64,000 nucleotides of DNA from Maribacter sp. (GCF_039974175.1 NZ_JBDWJN010000012.1:60724-124723), one strand, 5' to 3'. Positions 50,133-60,170 are shown, counted from the first letter of the stretch. Made by a program: numbers and translations. The notes: generated by a model from the sequence alone, not told the origin.

Positions 50133-50747
50133 AGTTTAGAGCAAATTGGATTTGATAGCCAAAATTAGCGGTTTTCTAAACTTTTCAACCTAAATTTCGT
50201 CAAAACACATAGGATTGCCCCAATACGAATCTTGACGTCTTGGCAGTTTGGGTTCTCCGGAGGTAAGTAGAGCTTTCTAAATTTTACCTCGACCCTGGCA
50301 CTTTTATTTATTGTCATATGATCCGCGTTTTAAGCTCATGAGCACGCGCCAAAATCAAGCTGAGCCTTTGCTATTTTGTGCGTTTTATCGATAATCACGA
50401 ATTACTGTGGCTTTTTTTATTATTTTACTTACTCTAATACCAACCACTTCCCTATTTGCGGTGATATACCCAAAGTATCAACCCTTGTATAATATTAATT
50501 GTGGTTCGGTGTACCTAAAAACTGAAGATGCCTATTATTCGTTAGTATTTTGAGTTAAAAGATTTATAGAAGTCTTTAGGAATAAGGACAGAACTTAAAT
50601 TGGAAATGAAAAGGTCTGCTGATAATGTGTTTGCCGAAGATTTATTACTTAAAATAATATTTTTGTCAGTTCAAGAGCATATGACAGTAGGCATCAATCT
50701 TAATTTAACATTCTTGTTGAAGTAAATAATTGACTAAAACCTATTGA

Positions 50748-52400
50748 ATGTGGAAAACTAATCTCATTTGGGTTATTTTATATATTGCATTTGTACCACC
50801 AATATTTGGTCAAGACAGTTTTGAGGACAAAACACTGGAGGAAATTGACAAACTAACCCTTGCTGCTTGGCGAAATGGTGATATACAAAAGAGCCGGATT
50901 TATGCAGATTATCAAATAGAAAAAGCTAAAAAATTGAAAGATAGTTTAGCTATAGCGTTTGCCTTTTATACTTACATGTATTCCGAAAATTTTGAAGAAG
51001 CATTAAACTATTGCGATTCCACAATAATCTTTACAAAAAATTCAAAGAACAAATTTTACCCTACGTTAGGATACTTAGTAAAAGGCAAAATATATAAGCA
51101 GAAAAAAATGTTTAAGCTTGCTTTAGACAATTTACTTATTGCAGATAGTTTAGCAAAAGTAAAGCAAAATATCGCCCAACAGTCTTCAGTTAAGCAAGTT
51201 ATTGCCAATATTTATAGTCATTTAGGCAAATATGAGGAAGCCCTTGAAATGCATAAGAAATATTACTTGCAAAAGTCTGAATATGGTGGTGAAAATTGGG
51301 AAATAAGTCGGAACCATACTATAGCACTTTACAATCTATCTTTATCATACCTCAAGGTAAAGAAAAGAGACTCCGCCCGTCTTTTTTATCAGTATGCTGC
51401 AAACAAAGCAGAGCAAGCAAACTTCCATGATTTCTATACCAGCAAACTTGTTAGCATCCATGCTCAAATCGATTTTTACGACAAAAGATACGATAGTGCC
51501 CTAGATACTTTAAGGAAATATAGGTTTGATAATTCCGGCAACTGGTTGGCTAATAACTATTATTATTCAGGTAAAATCCACAGATTTAAAAATAACAATG
51601 ACAAGGCGATTGAGTTCTTTACCAAAATGGATTCAATGCTCACAGCTGATAAGGAGCCCTTTTTTCATGCAAAAGATGGTTTGGCTGAACTTTCAAACAT
51701 TTTTAAAGAACTAGGAGACTCCGAGAACCAGCTAAAATATATTAACAGATATCTATGGGTTGACAGTATTCTTATTGAGCAAAAAGAAACCATTGACCCA
51801 CTTATTGTTAACAAATATCAGAAGCCAATTATGCTTGAAGAAAAGCGGAAACTTCTTGACCAAGCTTCAAGGAAGCAAGTACTTTTAAATTACCTCTATG
51901 TTACCTTAGGTGCCTTTGTGAGTGTAGGGGTTTACTTTGGGATCAAATCACGAGAACATTCCAGAAGAATTCAGTACCTCATTGAAAACGGAATCCCAAC
52001 TTCAAGTGCGTCATCTATTAGAAACAAAACACCCAATTCAATCCCCGAAGAAGTTGCGGAACTTTTAACAAGAGGGCTTGACGAATTTGAAAACGCTAAA
52101 CTATTCTTGGACAAAGAACTTACCCTATCAAATTTGGCGAAACAATTTGATACCAATTCAACTTATTTATCAAAATACATTAATGAGAAAAAAGGGGAAA
52201 ATTTTCCTAGTTATATAAAAGGTTTAAGAATAAAATATGCCATAGAAGCACTTAAAGAAAATCCCGGCTTACTTAAATTCAATATTAAAGGTCTGGCCTC
52301 AGAATTTGGATTCCAAACACCTGATGCCTTCTCACGGGCATTTCAAAAAGAAACCAATGTGAAGCCGTCACAGTTTATTAAACAACTTCGAAAACTCTAA
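50748..52400 (+). CDS. TPR-containing, membrane-anchored AraC-type HTH regulator
   Basis: Signal/TM, TPR-like repeats, one TM near aa 390, C-terminal LASEFGFQTPDAFSRAFQKETNVKPSQF. Confidence 0.75.
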   Translation: MWKTNLIWVILYIAFVPPIFGQDSFEDKTLEEIDKLTLAAWRNGDIQKSRIYADYQIEKAKKLKDSLAIAFAFYTYMYSENFEEALNYCDSTIIFTKNSKNKFYPTLGYLVKGKIYKQKKMFKLALDNLLIADSLAKVKQNIAQQSSVKQVIANIYSHLGKYEEALEMHKKYYLQKSEYGGENWEISRNHTIALYNLSLSYLKVKKRDSARLFYQYAANKAEQANFHDFYTSKLVSIHAQIDFYDKRYDSALDTLRKYRFDNSGNWLANNYYYSGKIHRFKNNNDKAIEFFTKMDSMLTADKEPFFHAKDGLAELSNIFKELGDSENQLKYINRYLWVDSILIEQKETIDPLIVNKYQKPIMLEEKRKLLDQASRKQVLLNYLYVTLGAFVSVGVYFGIKSREHSRRIQYLIENGIPTSSASSIRNKTPNSIPEEVAELLTRGLDEFENAKLFLDKELTLSNLAKQFDTNSTYLSKYINEKKGENFPSYIKGLRIKYAIEALKENPGLLKFNIKGLASEFGFQTPDAFSRAFQKETNVKPSQFIKQLRKL

Positions 52401-52500
52401 TTAAGCGACGATTTGCAAATGAAAAGCAAGGAGAATTTTTTTTGGAATTTGCTGCTCAAAAAATAGTAGTGAGGCCGGTGCTCCGGATTAAAATTAATAG

Positions 52501-52528
52501 TTTAGTTGTCGTAACTAAATATTTAGTT
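52501..52528. promoter_or_regulatory. Candidate BlaI-type operator (TTTAGTT-N5-AACTAAA plus a third TTTAGTT half-site)
   Basis: 7-5-7 inverted repeat at 52501-52519 and a direct half-site at 52522-52528, 12 nt upstream of the GTG start. Confidence 0.4.
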
Positions 52529-52539
52529 ATATTTATATC

Positions 52540-52917
52540 GTGACGAACATTAAATTAACCAAGGCGGAAGAATCGGTTCTCAAAATTCTTTGGGAAAAAG
52601 AAAAAGCCTTTATCAAAGAAATCATAGCAGAAATACCGGGCAAAAAACCGGCATACTCTACCGTTTCTACCATTGTACGTATACTAGAACGCAAAGGCTA
52701 TGTCGCCTATGAAAGTTTTGGAAAAAGCCACCGGTATTACCCCTTGATACAACGCGAAGACTATACCAAGGGCGTACTTTCTCATATGATGAATACCTAT
52801 TTCGGGGGTGATTTTAAACAAATCGTAAGTTTTATGTCGAACTCCAACAACATTTCGATCGCAGAACTTGATGAAATTTTGTCTGAACTAAAAAAAGAAA
52901 AGCTAAATGGTACTTGA
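52540..52917 (+). CDS. BlaI/MecI/CopY-family transcriptional repressor
   Basis: Winged-helix pattern (LTKAEESVLKILW...STVSTIVRILERKGYV); GTG start. Confidence 0.85.
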   Translation: MTNIKLTKAEESVLKILWEKEKAFIKEIIAEIPGKKPAYSTVSTIVRILERKGYVAYESFGKSHRYYPLIQREDYTKGVLSHMMNTYFGGDFKQIVSFMSNSNNISIAELDEILSELKKEKLNGT

Positions 52918-54127
52918 TAGCAATGCCATTCTTATCACAGTGGGTATCACCGGCCTCGGGCTGCTGCTTTATGAGGTGTTGTTAAAATATGCTGTACCCA
53001 CAAAGGGTATTCGATTGTACTTCTATTTCCTTTTTGCGCTTCATATCGTGGCCTTTCTAGACCTTGATATCCTTAACGAATTACACTTTGCTGGCGGTTT
53101 GACCACTTTGCATTTAGAAACCTATATCAAGCCTATTGACCTTGATGCACCAATAGGAAATCGCTTAGAAAATACGGTGGTACTCCTTTATGTTTCGGGG
53201 GTAGCTTTCGGCTTGCTCAAAATGACGCTCGGCATTGTCAAGCTGATCAAGCTAATACGCATGTCCTCCGCCGGAAAACACAAATTTGAAAGATTGGTGC
53301 CGGTTTCCAATTTTCAACCTTGCACTTTTTTCAACTACATCTTAATGCCGACCGATCTTCCAAAAACCCTCTATGATACGGTATATCAACATGAACGTTA
53401 TCATGTGCGTCAGTTACATACGCTTGATATGGTGTTATGGCGTTTGTTAAGTGTGCTCTTTTGGTTTAATCCGTTCGTGCATATCATTCGATCAAGGCAG
53501 TCACAAAATTTAGAGTACGACACTGATGCCTATATCACCCAATCAATTCCGAAAGACTACTACTGTGCACAATTGTTGCGTTCGACCTTTAATTCGCGAA
53601 AAATTGATTTTTTCCCCATGTTTAACCGATCTAATGTTTATCGTAGAATTAAAAGGCTACAGCAGTATCGCGACCGAAAAAGACCTTGGTCTAACTTGAC
53701 TTTACTGCTTGCTGTCGTACTACTTTTTACAGGTACCATGATGTCAAAAGCCAGTTTGTTACCGCAGACGCGAACGGGTATGGCCAATACTATCTCAAAA
53801 CCTGAATTTCCACCTGAGGGCCTAGGGTATTATATAGACTCGGTCTTGCAAGCCCGTATCGGAGATACATTCGATGACATAAATACAAGTTATAGGTTGC
53901 AGCTCTTCTTAGACATCACTATTGATGAAAAAGGAAAGGTCATCAAGGTGCGTACTGATGATAGCCAATCTAAACAAGCAGGTGATACCAATACCAACTA
54001 CGTTATAAGCAAGCTGTTACTAGAAACTATAGCAAATATGCCCCCTTGGATACCCGCTAAACAAAACAACAGGGCGGTTAGATCAACCATACATGAAGAA
54101 TTTCTTTTTACAGGTGAAAGCGAATAA
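52907..54127 (+). CDS. M56-family (BlaR1-like) membrane metallopeptidase/sensor
   Basis: HExxH (YQHERYHVRQLH) after TM segments; overlaps the blaI-like gene by 11 nt. Confidence 0.8.
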   Translation: MVLDSNAILITVGITGLGLLLYEVLLKYAVPTKGIRLYFYFLFALHIVAFLDLDILNELHFAGGLTTLHLETYIKPIDLDAPIGNRLENTVVLLYVSGVAFGLLKMTLGIVKLIKLIRMSSAGKHKFERLVPVSNFQPCTFFNYILMPTDLPKTLYDTVYQHERYHVRQLHTLDMVLWRLLSVLFWFNPFVHIIRSRQSQNLEYDTDAYITQSIPKDYYCAQLLRSTFNSRKIDFFPMFNRSNVYRRIKRLQQYRDRKRPWSNLTLLLAVVLLFTGTMMSKASLLPQTRTGMANTISKPEFPPEGLGYYIDSVLQARIGDTFDDINTSYRLQLFLDITIDEKGKVIKVRTDDSQSKQAGDTNTNYVISKLLLETIANMPPWIPAKQNNRAVRSTIHEEFLFTGESE

Positions 54128-54267
54128 CAAAGAGGCCTCGAGACTCTGAACCATATAGAAAGAACCCGCCGTTTTTAGTTGCCTTTCGGTTATGACATAT
54201 TCAATGTGCACTATTTCAATGACCATAGCAGCCTTAAAACGCGCATCACTAATTTAAAAATGATACG

Positions 54268-54831
54268 ATGAACACGCTAAAGAAAACAACTGCTTTATTA
54301 ATGGTATGCTGCTCACTTTCATTGGCGCATGCCCAATACGAAATCAAACCCTCAGCAGACTACACGCCCCATATTGGTGTATTGGTGAGTATGCTTGAAG
54401 ATTTAAAAGGTAGAATAACCGAACAGGTAAAAGATTTAGACCAATCACAAACCGACTTTTTATATGACGAAGACGCCAACAGCATTGGGTCGTTGGTGAT
54501 GCATTTGGTGTCGACAGAAGCCTATTACCAAATAGAAACCTTGGAGGGAAGGCCATGGACTGATGCCGAGCAAAAGCGATTGGGTGTGGCTGGCGGACTT
54601 AATGATGAAACAAAAAAATTACTTCGAGGAAAACCGATACAGCACTATTTGGATTTGTGGGATGAGGTACGCCAAAAAACCCTTGCCGGATTGAAAACCA
54701 AAGACGATGCATGGTTCGCATCGAATATCGAAGAGGGTATTAACTACCACTGGGTTTGGTTTCATGTTATGGAGCATTCGGCCAATCATATGGGCCAAAT
54801 AGGCACCATCAAGAACCGATTGCCAAAGTAA
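54268..54831 (+). CDS. DinB-family protein with signal peptide
   Basis: HLVSTE ... VMEHSANHMGQ His pattern. Confidence 0.75.
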   Translation: MNTLKKTTALLMVCCSLSLAHAQYEIKPSADYTPHIGVLVSMLEDLKGRITEQVKDLDQSQTDFLYDEDANSIGSLVMHLVSTEAYYQIETLEGRPWTDAEQKRLGVAGGLNDETKKLLRGKPIQHYLDLWDEVRQKTLAGLKTKDDAWFASNIEEGINYHWVWFHVMEHSANHMGQIGTIKNRLPK

Positions 54832-55150
54832 GCTGGTAAAACTCAACTATAGGAACGATCTGAAATCATTACCCTTGATAAGCGATTCGTAATGATGTGA
54901 GGTCAATGCCCCCTCCTTTCTTTTGATAGCACTTTTGTTCTTGGCTATGCTATCGTTTTCGTTTTGGTAATGCAAGGAGCATTTCGGATACTGAAATTGA
55001 GTAATTAAGAGGAACGCACTTACCTAGTCGCTCAGTGTACAAATCACCCACTTTTCCAATTACTTACTAAATTGTAGAATAAATAAAATATTTCTTTATA
55101 TATTTGTTCTACATTCTAGGAGTATATAAGCACCTTATCCCGTATTCAAA

Positions 55151-55489
55151 ATGAAAGAAGCACGTTTAGGAGAGTTTGAAGAGATCATATTATTATTGGT
55201 GGGCATTCTTGAAGAGCAGGCCTACGCCTTTAAAATTGCCGAAGAATTTGAAGCTCAAACCGGAAAATCTGTTTCTATTGGAGCCACCCACTCCACCCTA
55301 GACCGATTGTGCAAAAAAGGATTCTTAAGCTCTGAATTAAGCAGGCCGACTGCCGTACGAGGAGGTCGTAGAAAACGCATATACACCATCTCGGCCAGCG
55401 GTCAACGGGCACTTACAGCATCGAAAGAGCTGCGAATGTCTTTATGGAACCAATACCCGGCATTTACAAAATTTACCTTTCAAGCATAA
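55151..55489 (+). CDS. PadR-family transcriptional regulator
   Basis: 112-aa winged helix (GATHSTLDRLCKKGFL). Confidence 0.85.
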   Translation: MKEARLGEFEEIILLLVGILEEQAYAFKIAEEFEAQTGKSVSIGATHSTLDRLCKKGFLSSELSRPTAVRGGRRKRIYTISASGQRALTASKELRMSLWNQYPAFTKFTFQA

Positions 55490-55491
55490 AA

Positions 55492-58119
55492 ATGGCAGAG
55501 CGAAAACACATACCCCCAAAAATGGCCAAGCGCCTGCTAAAATGGTTTGTCAAAGAAGCCTTGGCCGAAGAAGTGCTGGGTGATTTAGAGGAGAAGTTTT
55601 ATGCAGATGCAGAGAAAAAAACCACGCTGTCTATAAAGCTCAACTACTGGTACCAGGTTCTTAACTATTTGCGCCCTTTTGCGCTACGAAAATCACTAGC
55701 AATCACATCAATCAACTACGGCATGTATAAAAATCATTTTAAAATCGGGTATCGCAATCTGCTTTCTGACAAGTGGCATTCATTTTTTAATATTATCGGT
55801 CTTGCCATGGGAATGGCCGCAACCCTACTCATGGGTATTTGGGTTTTCGATGAGCTTTCCTATAATAAAGGCTTTGAAAATTATGATGCCATCGCACAGG
55901 CAATGCAGACCCAAACCTTTAACGGAGAAGTACAAACAGCTGTTAATCAACCCATGCAGTTGGCGCCAGAACTCCGGGCGCTTTACAAAGATCATTTTAA
56001 GCATGTGGTGACCAGTTCGTTTATAGACAATGAGCTCTTAACCGTAGGAGACACCAAAGTATCTCGCCCGGGTAACTTTATGGAACCCGGCATTGCCCAT
56101 ATGTTGTCACTTCAGATGATAAGCGGAAGCCGAGATGCCCTGCAAGACCCTACATCTATGCTACTATCTGAATCGACAGCAAATGCCCTCTTCGGCAATG
56201 CAGACCCCATGGGTCAAAACGTGGAAATTGGCAGCGGTATGAAAGCTCAAGTAGCTGGGGTATACCAAGATCTTCCCAAAAATTCAGACTTTGCCAACCT
56301 CAGCTTTATCGCACCTTGGCAGTTGCTGAATACCACCGCAAATTTTGAAGCACGGGTAGGCTGGGGCAACAATTGGTTTCAAACCTTCGTGCAATTAGCA
56401 GACGGTGCTGATCTTACCGAGGTATCTTCCTTAATAGCCGATGTAAAATACGATAACATAAAAAATGAGGGTAATCCTCGCGGGGTAAAAACCAAACCGG
56501 TCATTCATTTGCACCCCATGAAAAAGTGGCATTTGTATTCGCGTTTTGAAAATGGAATCAGTACCGGTGGGGCCATAGAACGTGTCTGGCTGTTTGGTAC
56601 CATCGGCATTTTTATACTGCTTTTGGCCTGTATCAATTTTATGAACCTTTCTACCGCGAAATCGGTAAAAAGGGCAAAAGAAGTGGGTATTCGCAAGACT
56701 ATTGGTTCGGTCAAAAATCAATTGATCTTCCAATTTTTGAACGAATCTTTTTTGGTAGTAGCGCTGGCCTTCGTGATTTCACTTTTCTTAGTTTTATTGG
56801 CACTACCATTTTTCAACGGCCTTACAGATAAAACCATGACAATTCCTTATGCCAAGCCTGTATTTTGGTTAAGTTGCCTGTTGTTCATCTTATGCACCGG
56901 CATAGTGGCTGGAAGTTACCCCGCTTTTTACCTTTCATCTTTCAATCCTGTTAAAGTATTAAAAGGCACTTTCAACAGCGGACAGGGCGCATCTAATTTA
57001 CGTAGGGCGCTTGTGGTGTTCCAGTTTACGATCTCTGTAGTGCTCATTATTGGTACCATTACCATTTACAGGCAGATACAATACGTAAAGGATAGACCGC
57101 TAGGTTACGACAAAGAGCAGATGCTCTATGTTCCCATAAATGGCCCAGCAGTGCGCCATAGTTTTGAAACCATACGAAACGAACTTTTACTTTCCAATGC
57201 TATCAAAGACGTAGCAGCCTCAGATGTTCTCGTAACGGGTACCTTCGTTACCAATAGTGGTTTTGACTGGAAAGGCAAGGACCCCGAGATGAGTGAAGAA
57301 TTCAATACGCTGCGGGCTACCCATGGCTTTGGAGCAATGATTGATTGGGAAATTAAGGAGGGTCGCGACTTTTTACGTGACTTTAGAAGTGATTCCTTAG
57401 CCTTGATCATCAACGAAACAGCAGCGCGCTATATGGGACTTGAAAAGCCCGTAGGAGAATCAGTAAAATGGGGAGACATGGGGCCATTCAAAATAATTGG
57501 TGTCGCCAAAGATATGGTGACGCGTTCGCCCTACGATCAAGTGCGACCTACAATTTTTAGCTTGCACAATGGTAATTTTCTAAATTTTGTGAACATAAAA
57601 ATTGGTCAAGAGGCACCTATGGGCGAGGCATTGACCCATATCGAAAAAGTGTTTCACAAACACGACCCCAAAAGCCTGTTCACCTATAATTTTTTAGATG
57701 ATGATTACGCACGTAATTTCATTGATGAAGAACGCACGGGTAAATTGGCAAGCTTTTTTGCGTTTTTGGCTATCTGCATCAGTTGCTTGGGCATCTTCGG
57801 GCTTTCGGCCTTTGTGGCAGAACAACGCACCAAGGAAATAGGCGTACGCAAAGTACTTGGCGCCTCGGTCATGAGCCTATGGAAATTACTCTCCAAAGAT
57901 TTTGTATTCATGGTCATCTTATCTTGCTTTATCGCTATACCCATCGGCCATTATTATATGAACCTATGGATTCAAGACTATAGCTATCGCACCGAACTGA
58001 ACTGGTGGATTTTTGCCATCGCCACCTTAGGTGCTTTGGCCATCACGCTGTTGACCGTAAGTTTCCAAGCGATCAAAGCAGCGGTGCATAACCCCGTTAA
58101 AAGTTTAAGAGCAGAATAA
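55492..58119 (+). CDS. FtsX/MacB-like ABC transporter permease (duplicated FtsX domains)
   Basis: Two FtsX-like 4-TM modules with large periplasmic domains; start set to ATG 55492, 2 nt after the PadR stop. Confidence 0.85.
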   Translation: MAERKHIPPKMAKRLLKWFVKEALAEEVLGDLEEKFYADAEKKTTLSIKLNYWYQVLNYLRPFALRKSLAITSINYGMYKNHFKIGYRNLLSDKWHSFFNIIGLAMGMAATLLMGIWVFDELSYNKGFENYDAIAQAMQTQTFNGEVQTAVNQPMQLAPELRALYKDHFKHVVTSSFIDNELLTVGDTKVSRPGNFMEPGIAHMLSLQMISGSRDALQDPTSMLLSESTANALFGNADPMGQNVEIGSGMKAQVAGVYQDLPKNSDFANLSFIAPWQLLNTTANFEARVGWGNNWFQTFVQLADGADLTEVSSLIADVKYDNIKNEGNPRGVKTKPVIHLHPMKKWHLYSRFENGISTGGAIERVWLFGTIGIFILLLACINFMNLSTAKSVKRAKEVGIRKTIGSVKNQLIFQFLNESFLVVALAFVISLFLVLLALPFFNGLTDKTMTIPYAKPVFWLSCLLFILCTGIVAGSYPAFYLSSFNPVKVLKGTFNSGQGASNLRRALVVFQFTISVVLIIGTITIYRQIQYVKDRPLGYDKEQMLYVPINGPAVRHSFETIRNELLLSNAIKDVAASDVLVTGTFVTNSGFDWKGKDPEMSEEFNTLRATHGFGAMIDWEIKEGRDFLRDFRSDSLALIINETAARYMGLEKPVGESVKWGDMGPFKIIGVAKDMVTRSPYDQVRPTIFSLHNGNFLNFVNIKIGQEAPMGEALTHIEKVFHKHDPKSLFTYNFLDDDYARNFIDEERTGKLASFFAFLAICISCLGIFGLSAFVAEQRTKEIGVRKVLGASVMSLWKLLSKDFVFMVILSCFIAIPIGHYYMNLWIQDYSYRTELNWWIFAIATLGALAITLLTVSFQAIKAAVHNPVKSLRAE

Positions 58120-58150
58120 CCTCTTGATGCACCCTTAGGTCGATGTAGCA

Positions 58151-58178
58151 AACAAAAAACCCTTCAATTTCTTGAAGG
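58151..58178 (-). terminator. Hairpin plus T-run (minus-strand orientation), possible terminator of the 58.5-64 kb operon
   Basis: CCTTCAA (58161-58167) / TTGAAGG (58172-58178), 4-nt loop; minus strand continues GTTTTTTGTTT; about 325 nt past the PhyH stop. Confidence 0.45.
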
Positions 58179-58254
58179 ATTAATCATTACTATTGTGGAC
58201 CCCCTAATTATAAGTCAGAAAATAATTGTTTTCAATACTCCTATTCTTTACTAT

Positions 58255-58272
58255 TCCTTCCAATTGGAAGGA
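58255..58272. repeat. Perfect 18-bp palindrome TCCTTCCAATTGGAAGGA
   Basis: Read directly; lies in the 384-bp convergent intergenic region. Confidence 0.85.
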
Positions 58273-58503
58273 TAGAGAGGAGAAAAGATATATATGTTTT
58301 TAGGTATTTACTATTCACTCGTAACTAGACTTATTAAAATACTCTTGTTTTATGCAACTCTTAACACTACACCTTTCGAACATGGCTTCAGGAGTGTAAT
58401 TGTCGCCCATAAAAAATACCACAAAGAAGTATATCTCTTTGCAAAATTCGCTTTATGTAAAGAGTTTAAAGTCATCCTTCATTTGAATGTTAAGTAAATT
58501 GAG

Positions 58504-59226
58504 TTAAACTATTTCTAGTCTTTCCTTCCAATCTAATTCTTCAGGTAATGGTTTATCACAAAACTCAAGATGAATTACCCTTCTGTTGCTATGACCCGAC
58601 GCTTTACTTGATGCATGAAAGGTAAGTGGCCTCATTAACATTATACCGCCTGATTTCACTTCACAGGTAAACTCTTTGCTATTTTGCGAGCGTTCTTCCG
58701 TCCTAACTACTCCGTTTAAATGTGATTCTGGGACAACCCTTAATGCTCCATTAGTTTCATCAGTATCATCTAGATGAATTCGTATTGTAATTGTTCTATC
58801 TAAATACTCTGTTGGAGGTTGAACTCCAATTTGGCCTCTCTTATTAGTCCAATTTTTGAACCCTTCTATTTGCTTTTGTTCAATTACATTGATTGTTAAG
58901 TCTTGATGATATGCTACGAACCAATTTGAACCTTCGAGCTTGTCAAAATAGATGGCTTTGCTTAAGAACAATTTACCTTCCTGATGAAGTTTAACTAATA
59001 GTCTTCTTAGATTTTTATTAAATAATACTCTTGCCAGTTCTGGAATCTCATTTACTAATTCCCTAATCGCAAAAAGGTCTTTCGACTTTGAAATCGAATT
59101 GCTATCCAATTCTTTTTCAGCTATCACTTTAGTTATTTCGAATATCTCAGACTCAGAATAGACATTAGGAATAATTGAGTAACCCTTATTATTCAGTTGT
59201 GATATATGTTCATTCACTTTCATCAT
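58504..59226 (-). CDS. Phytanoyl-CoA dioxygenase (PhyH) family Fe(II)/2-oxoglutarate dioxygenase
   Basis: HxD (AYHQDL) and distal His (LTFHAS) in a 240-aa PhyH-like layout. Confidence 0.72.
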   Translation of the reverse strand: MMKVNEHISQLNNKGYSIIPNVYSESEIFEITKVIAEKELDSNSISKSKDLFAIRELVNEIPELARVLFNKNLRRLLVKLHQEGKLFLSKAIYFDKLEGSNWFVAYHQDLTINVIEQKQIEGFKNWTNKRGQIGVQPPTEYLDRTITIRIHLDDTDETNGALRVVPESHLNGVVRTEERSQNSKEFTCEVKSGGIMLMRPLTFHASSKASGHSNRRVIHLEFCDKPLPEELDWKERLEIV

Positions 59227-59239
59227 TTATTTGAACTCT
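59226..59239 (-). repeat. Junction motif copy (TTTATTTGAACTCT; 13/14)
   Basis: Abuts the ATG at 59226, in the 27-nt gap after the stop at 59254. Confidence 0.75.
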
Positions 59240-59253
59240 AGTTTAGCATTCAA

Positions 59254-59715
59254 TTAATTATCCGTTTGCTGGAGCTGCCATTTTATCTCTTTATCATTTA
59301 GGTTTGGATATCTATCACTTACTTGAAAATCAACAGAGTCAAACATAAAATTGGCAATGTCGAAAATATGCTTGTCATTTGAATTTAATACAAATTTCAG
59401 CATCTCAGAAACCGACGCCGCGGCATTAAGTGCCAAAAATCCAATCAATTCGCCATAATCTTCGGTATCTGGAGTAACAGATTTTATCTTCAGAATTAAA
59501 TCGTTGATTTCTTTTTCTGAGAATTTGGACTTCTCATATTTTCGACAAACATCGATACCCTTTTCAAGTAATTCAGGGTTTCCAAAGTCATTTAGTTCGT
59601 AAAACTTTAAGTATTCGGGATAAATCCGTTCACAAATTTGAATGGCAAAATTCAGCTTCCTTTTGAAGGAAATCTTTTGGAGGTTATTTCGTAACTGAAT
59701 ATGATATTTAATCAA
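59254..59715 (-). CDS. YjaG/DUF416-like protein
   Basis: FAIQICERIYPEYLKFYELNDFG resembles my recollection of the E. coli YjaG N-terminal block (CERMYPNY...GFG); TTG start. Confidence 0.55.
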   Translation of the reverse strand: MIKYHIQLRNNLQKISFKRKLNFAIQICERIYPEYLKFYELNDFGNPELLEKGIDVCRKYEKSKFSEKEINDLILKIKSVTPDTEDYGELIGFLALNAAASVSEMLKFVLNSNDKHIFDIANFMFDSVDFQVSDRYPNLNDKEIKWQLQQTDN

Positions 59716-59726
59716 ATTTTCTATGA

Positions 59727-59740
59727 TTTATTTGAACTTT
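59727..59740 (-). repeat. Junction motif copy (TTTATTTGAACTTT; 14/14)
   Basis: Lies in the 32-nt gap between stop 59748 and TTG 59715. Confidence 0.8.
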
Positions 59741-59747
59741 GATTTCA

Positions 59748-60158
59748 TCATATCGGCTTAAAATGAACTTCGACATTTGGTATTCCAGGAGGGTCATTTT
59801 CACCAGATACAAGAATCAATATTAATTTGCTTTCATCAATTGATTTAATCCTAGATGTAATCTTATCTTTTATTGAAAGTTCGACATACTTATTTTCAGG
59901 AAAATATTTCCAAATTCCACTCTCATTATTGCCATCTTTTCGAATCAAGTCATATTTACCATCTGAAATAAATTTGAAATCAAAGTCGGCTGCTCCTGGC
60001 ATCTGTTTGATTTTCATTCCACCCATTAAGGCATATTCAATTTGCCACTGCTTACATAAAACTGTTTCTAACTGTGTTTTACTTAAACCAATATCTTGGG
60101 CGGATAGGCCATTACTCAGTCCCACTAAAAACCCAAAAATTAAGAGTATTCCTTTCAT
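59748..60158 (-). CDS. Lipocalin-like small exported protein
   Basis: Signal peptide MKGILLIFGFLVGLSNGLSAQ; start set to ATG 60158. Confidence 0.5.
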   Translation of the reverse strand: MKGILLIFGFLVGLSNGLSAQDIGLSKTQLETVLCKQWQIEYALMGGMKIKQMPGAADFDFKFISDGKYDLIRKDGNNESGIWKYFPENKYVELSIKDKITSRIKSIDESKLILILVSGENDPPGIPNVEVHFKPI

Positions 60159-60170
60159 ATATTTTAATCC

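Noticed and set aside
50238-50262. GGGTTCTCCGGAGG, loosely resembling the tRNA-Ala T-arm (GGTTCGACTCCGG), as a possible attR copy for a tRNA-targeted island
   Set aside because: It needs a 3-nt deletion to align and has no match to the acceptor 3' end. I found no convincing direct repeat of the tRNA 3' end anywhere downstream by eye, and no integrase.
58294-58497. 67-aa plus-strand ORF in the convergent intergenic region
   Set aside because: It has no motif and lies in AT-rich sequence between two gene 3' ends; it is probably non-coding.
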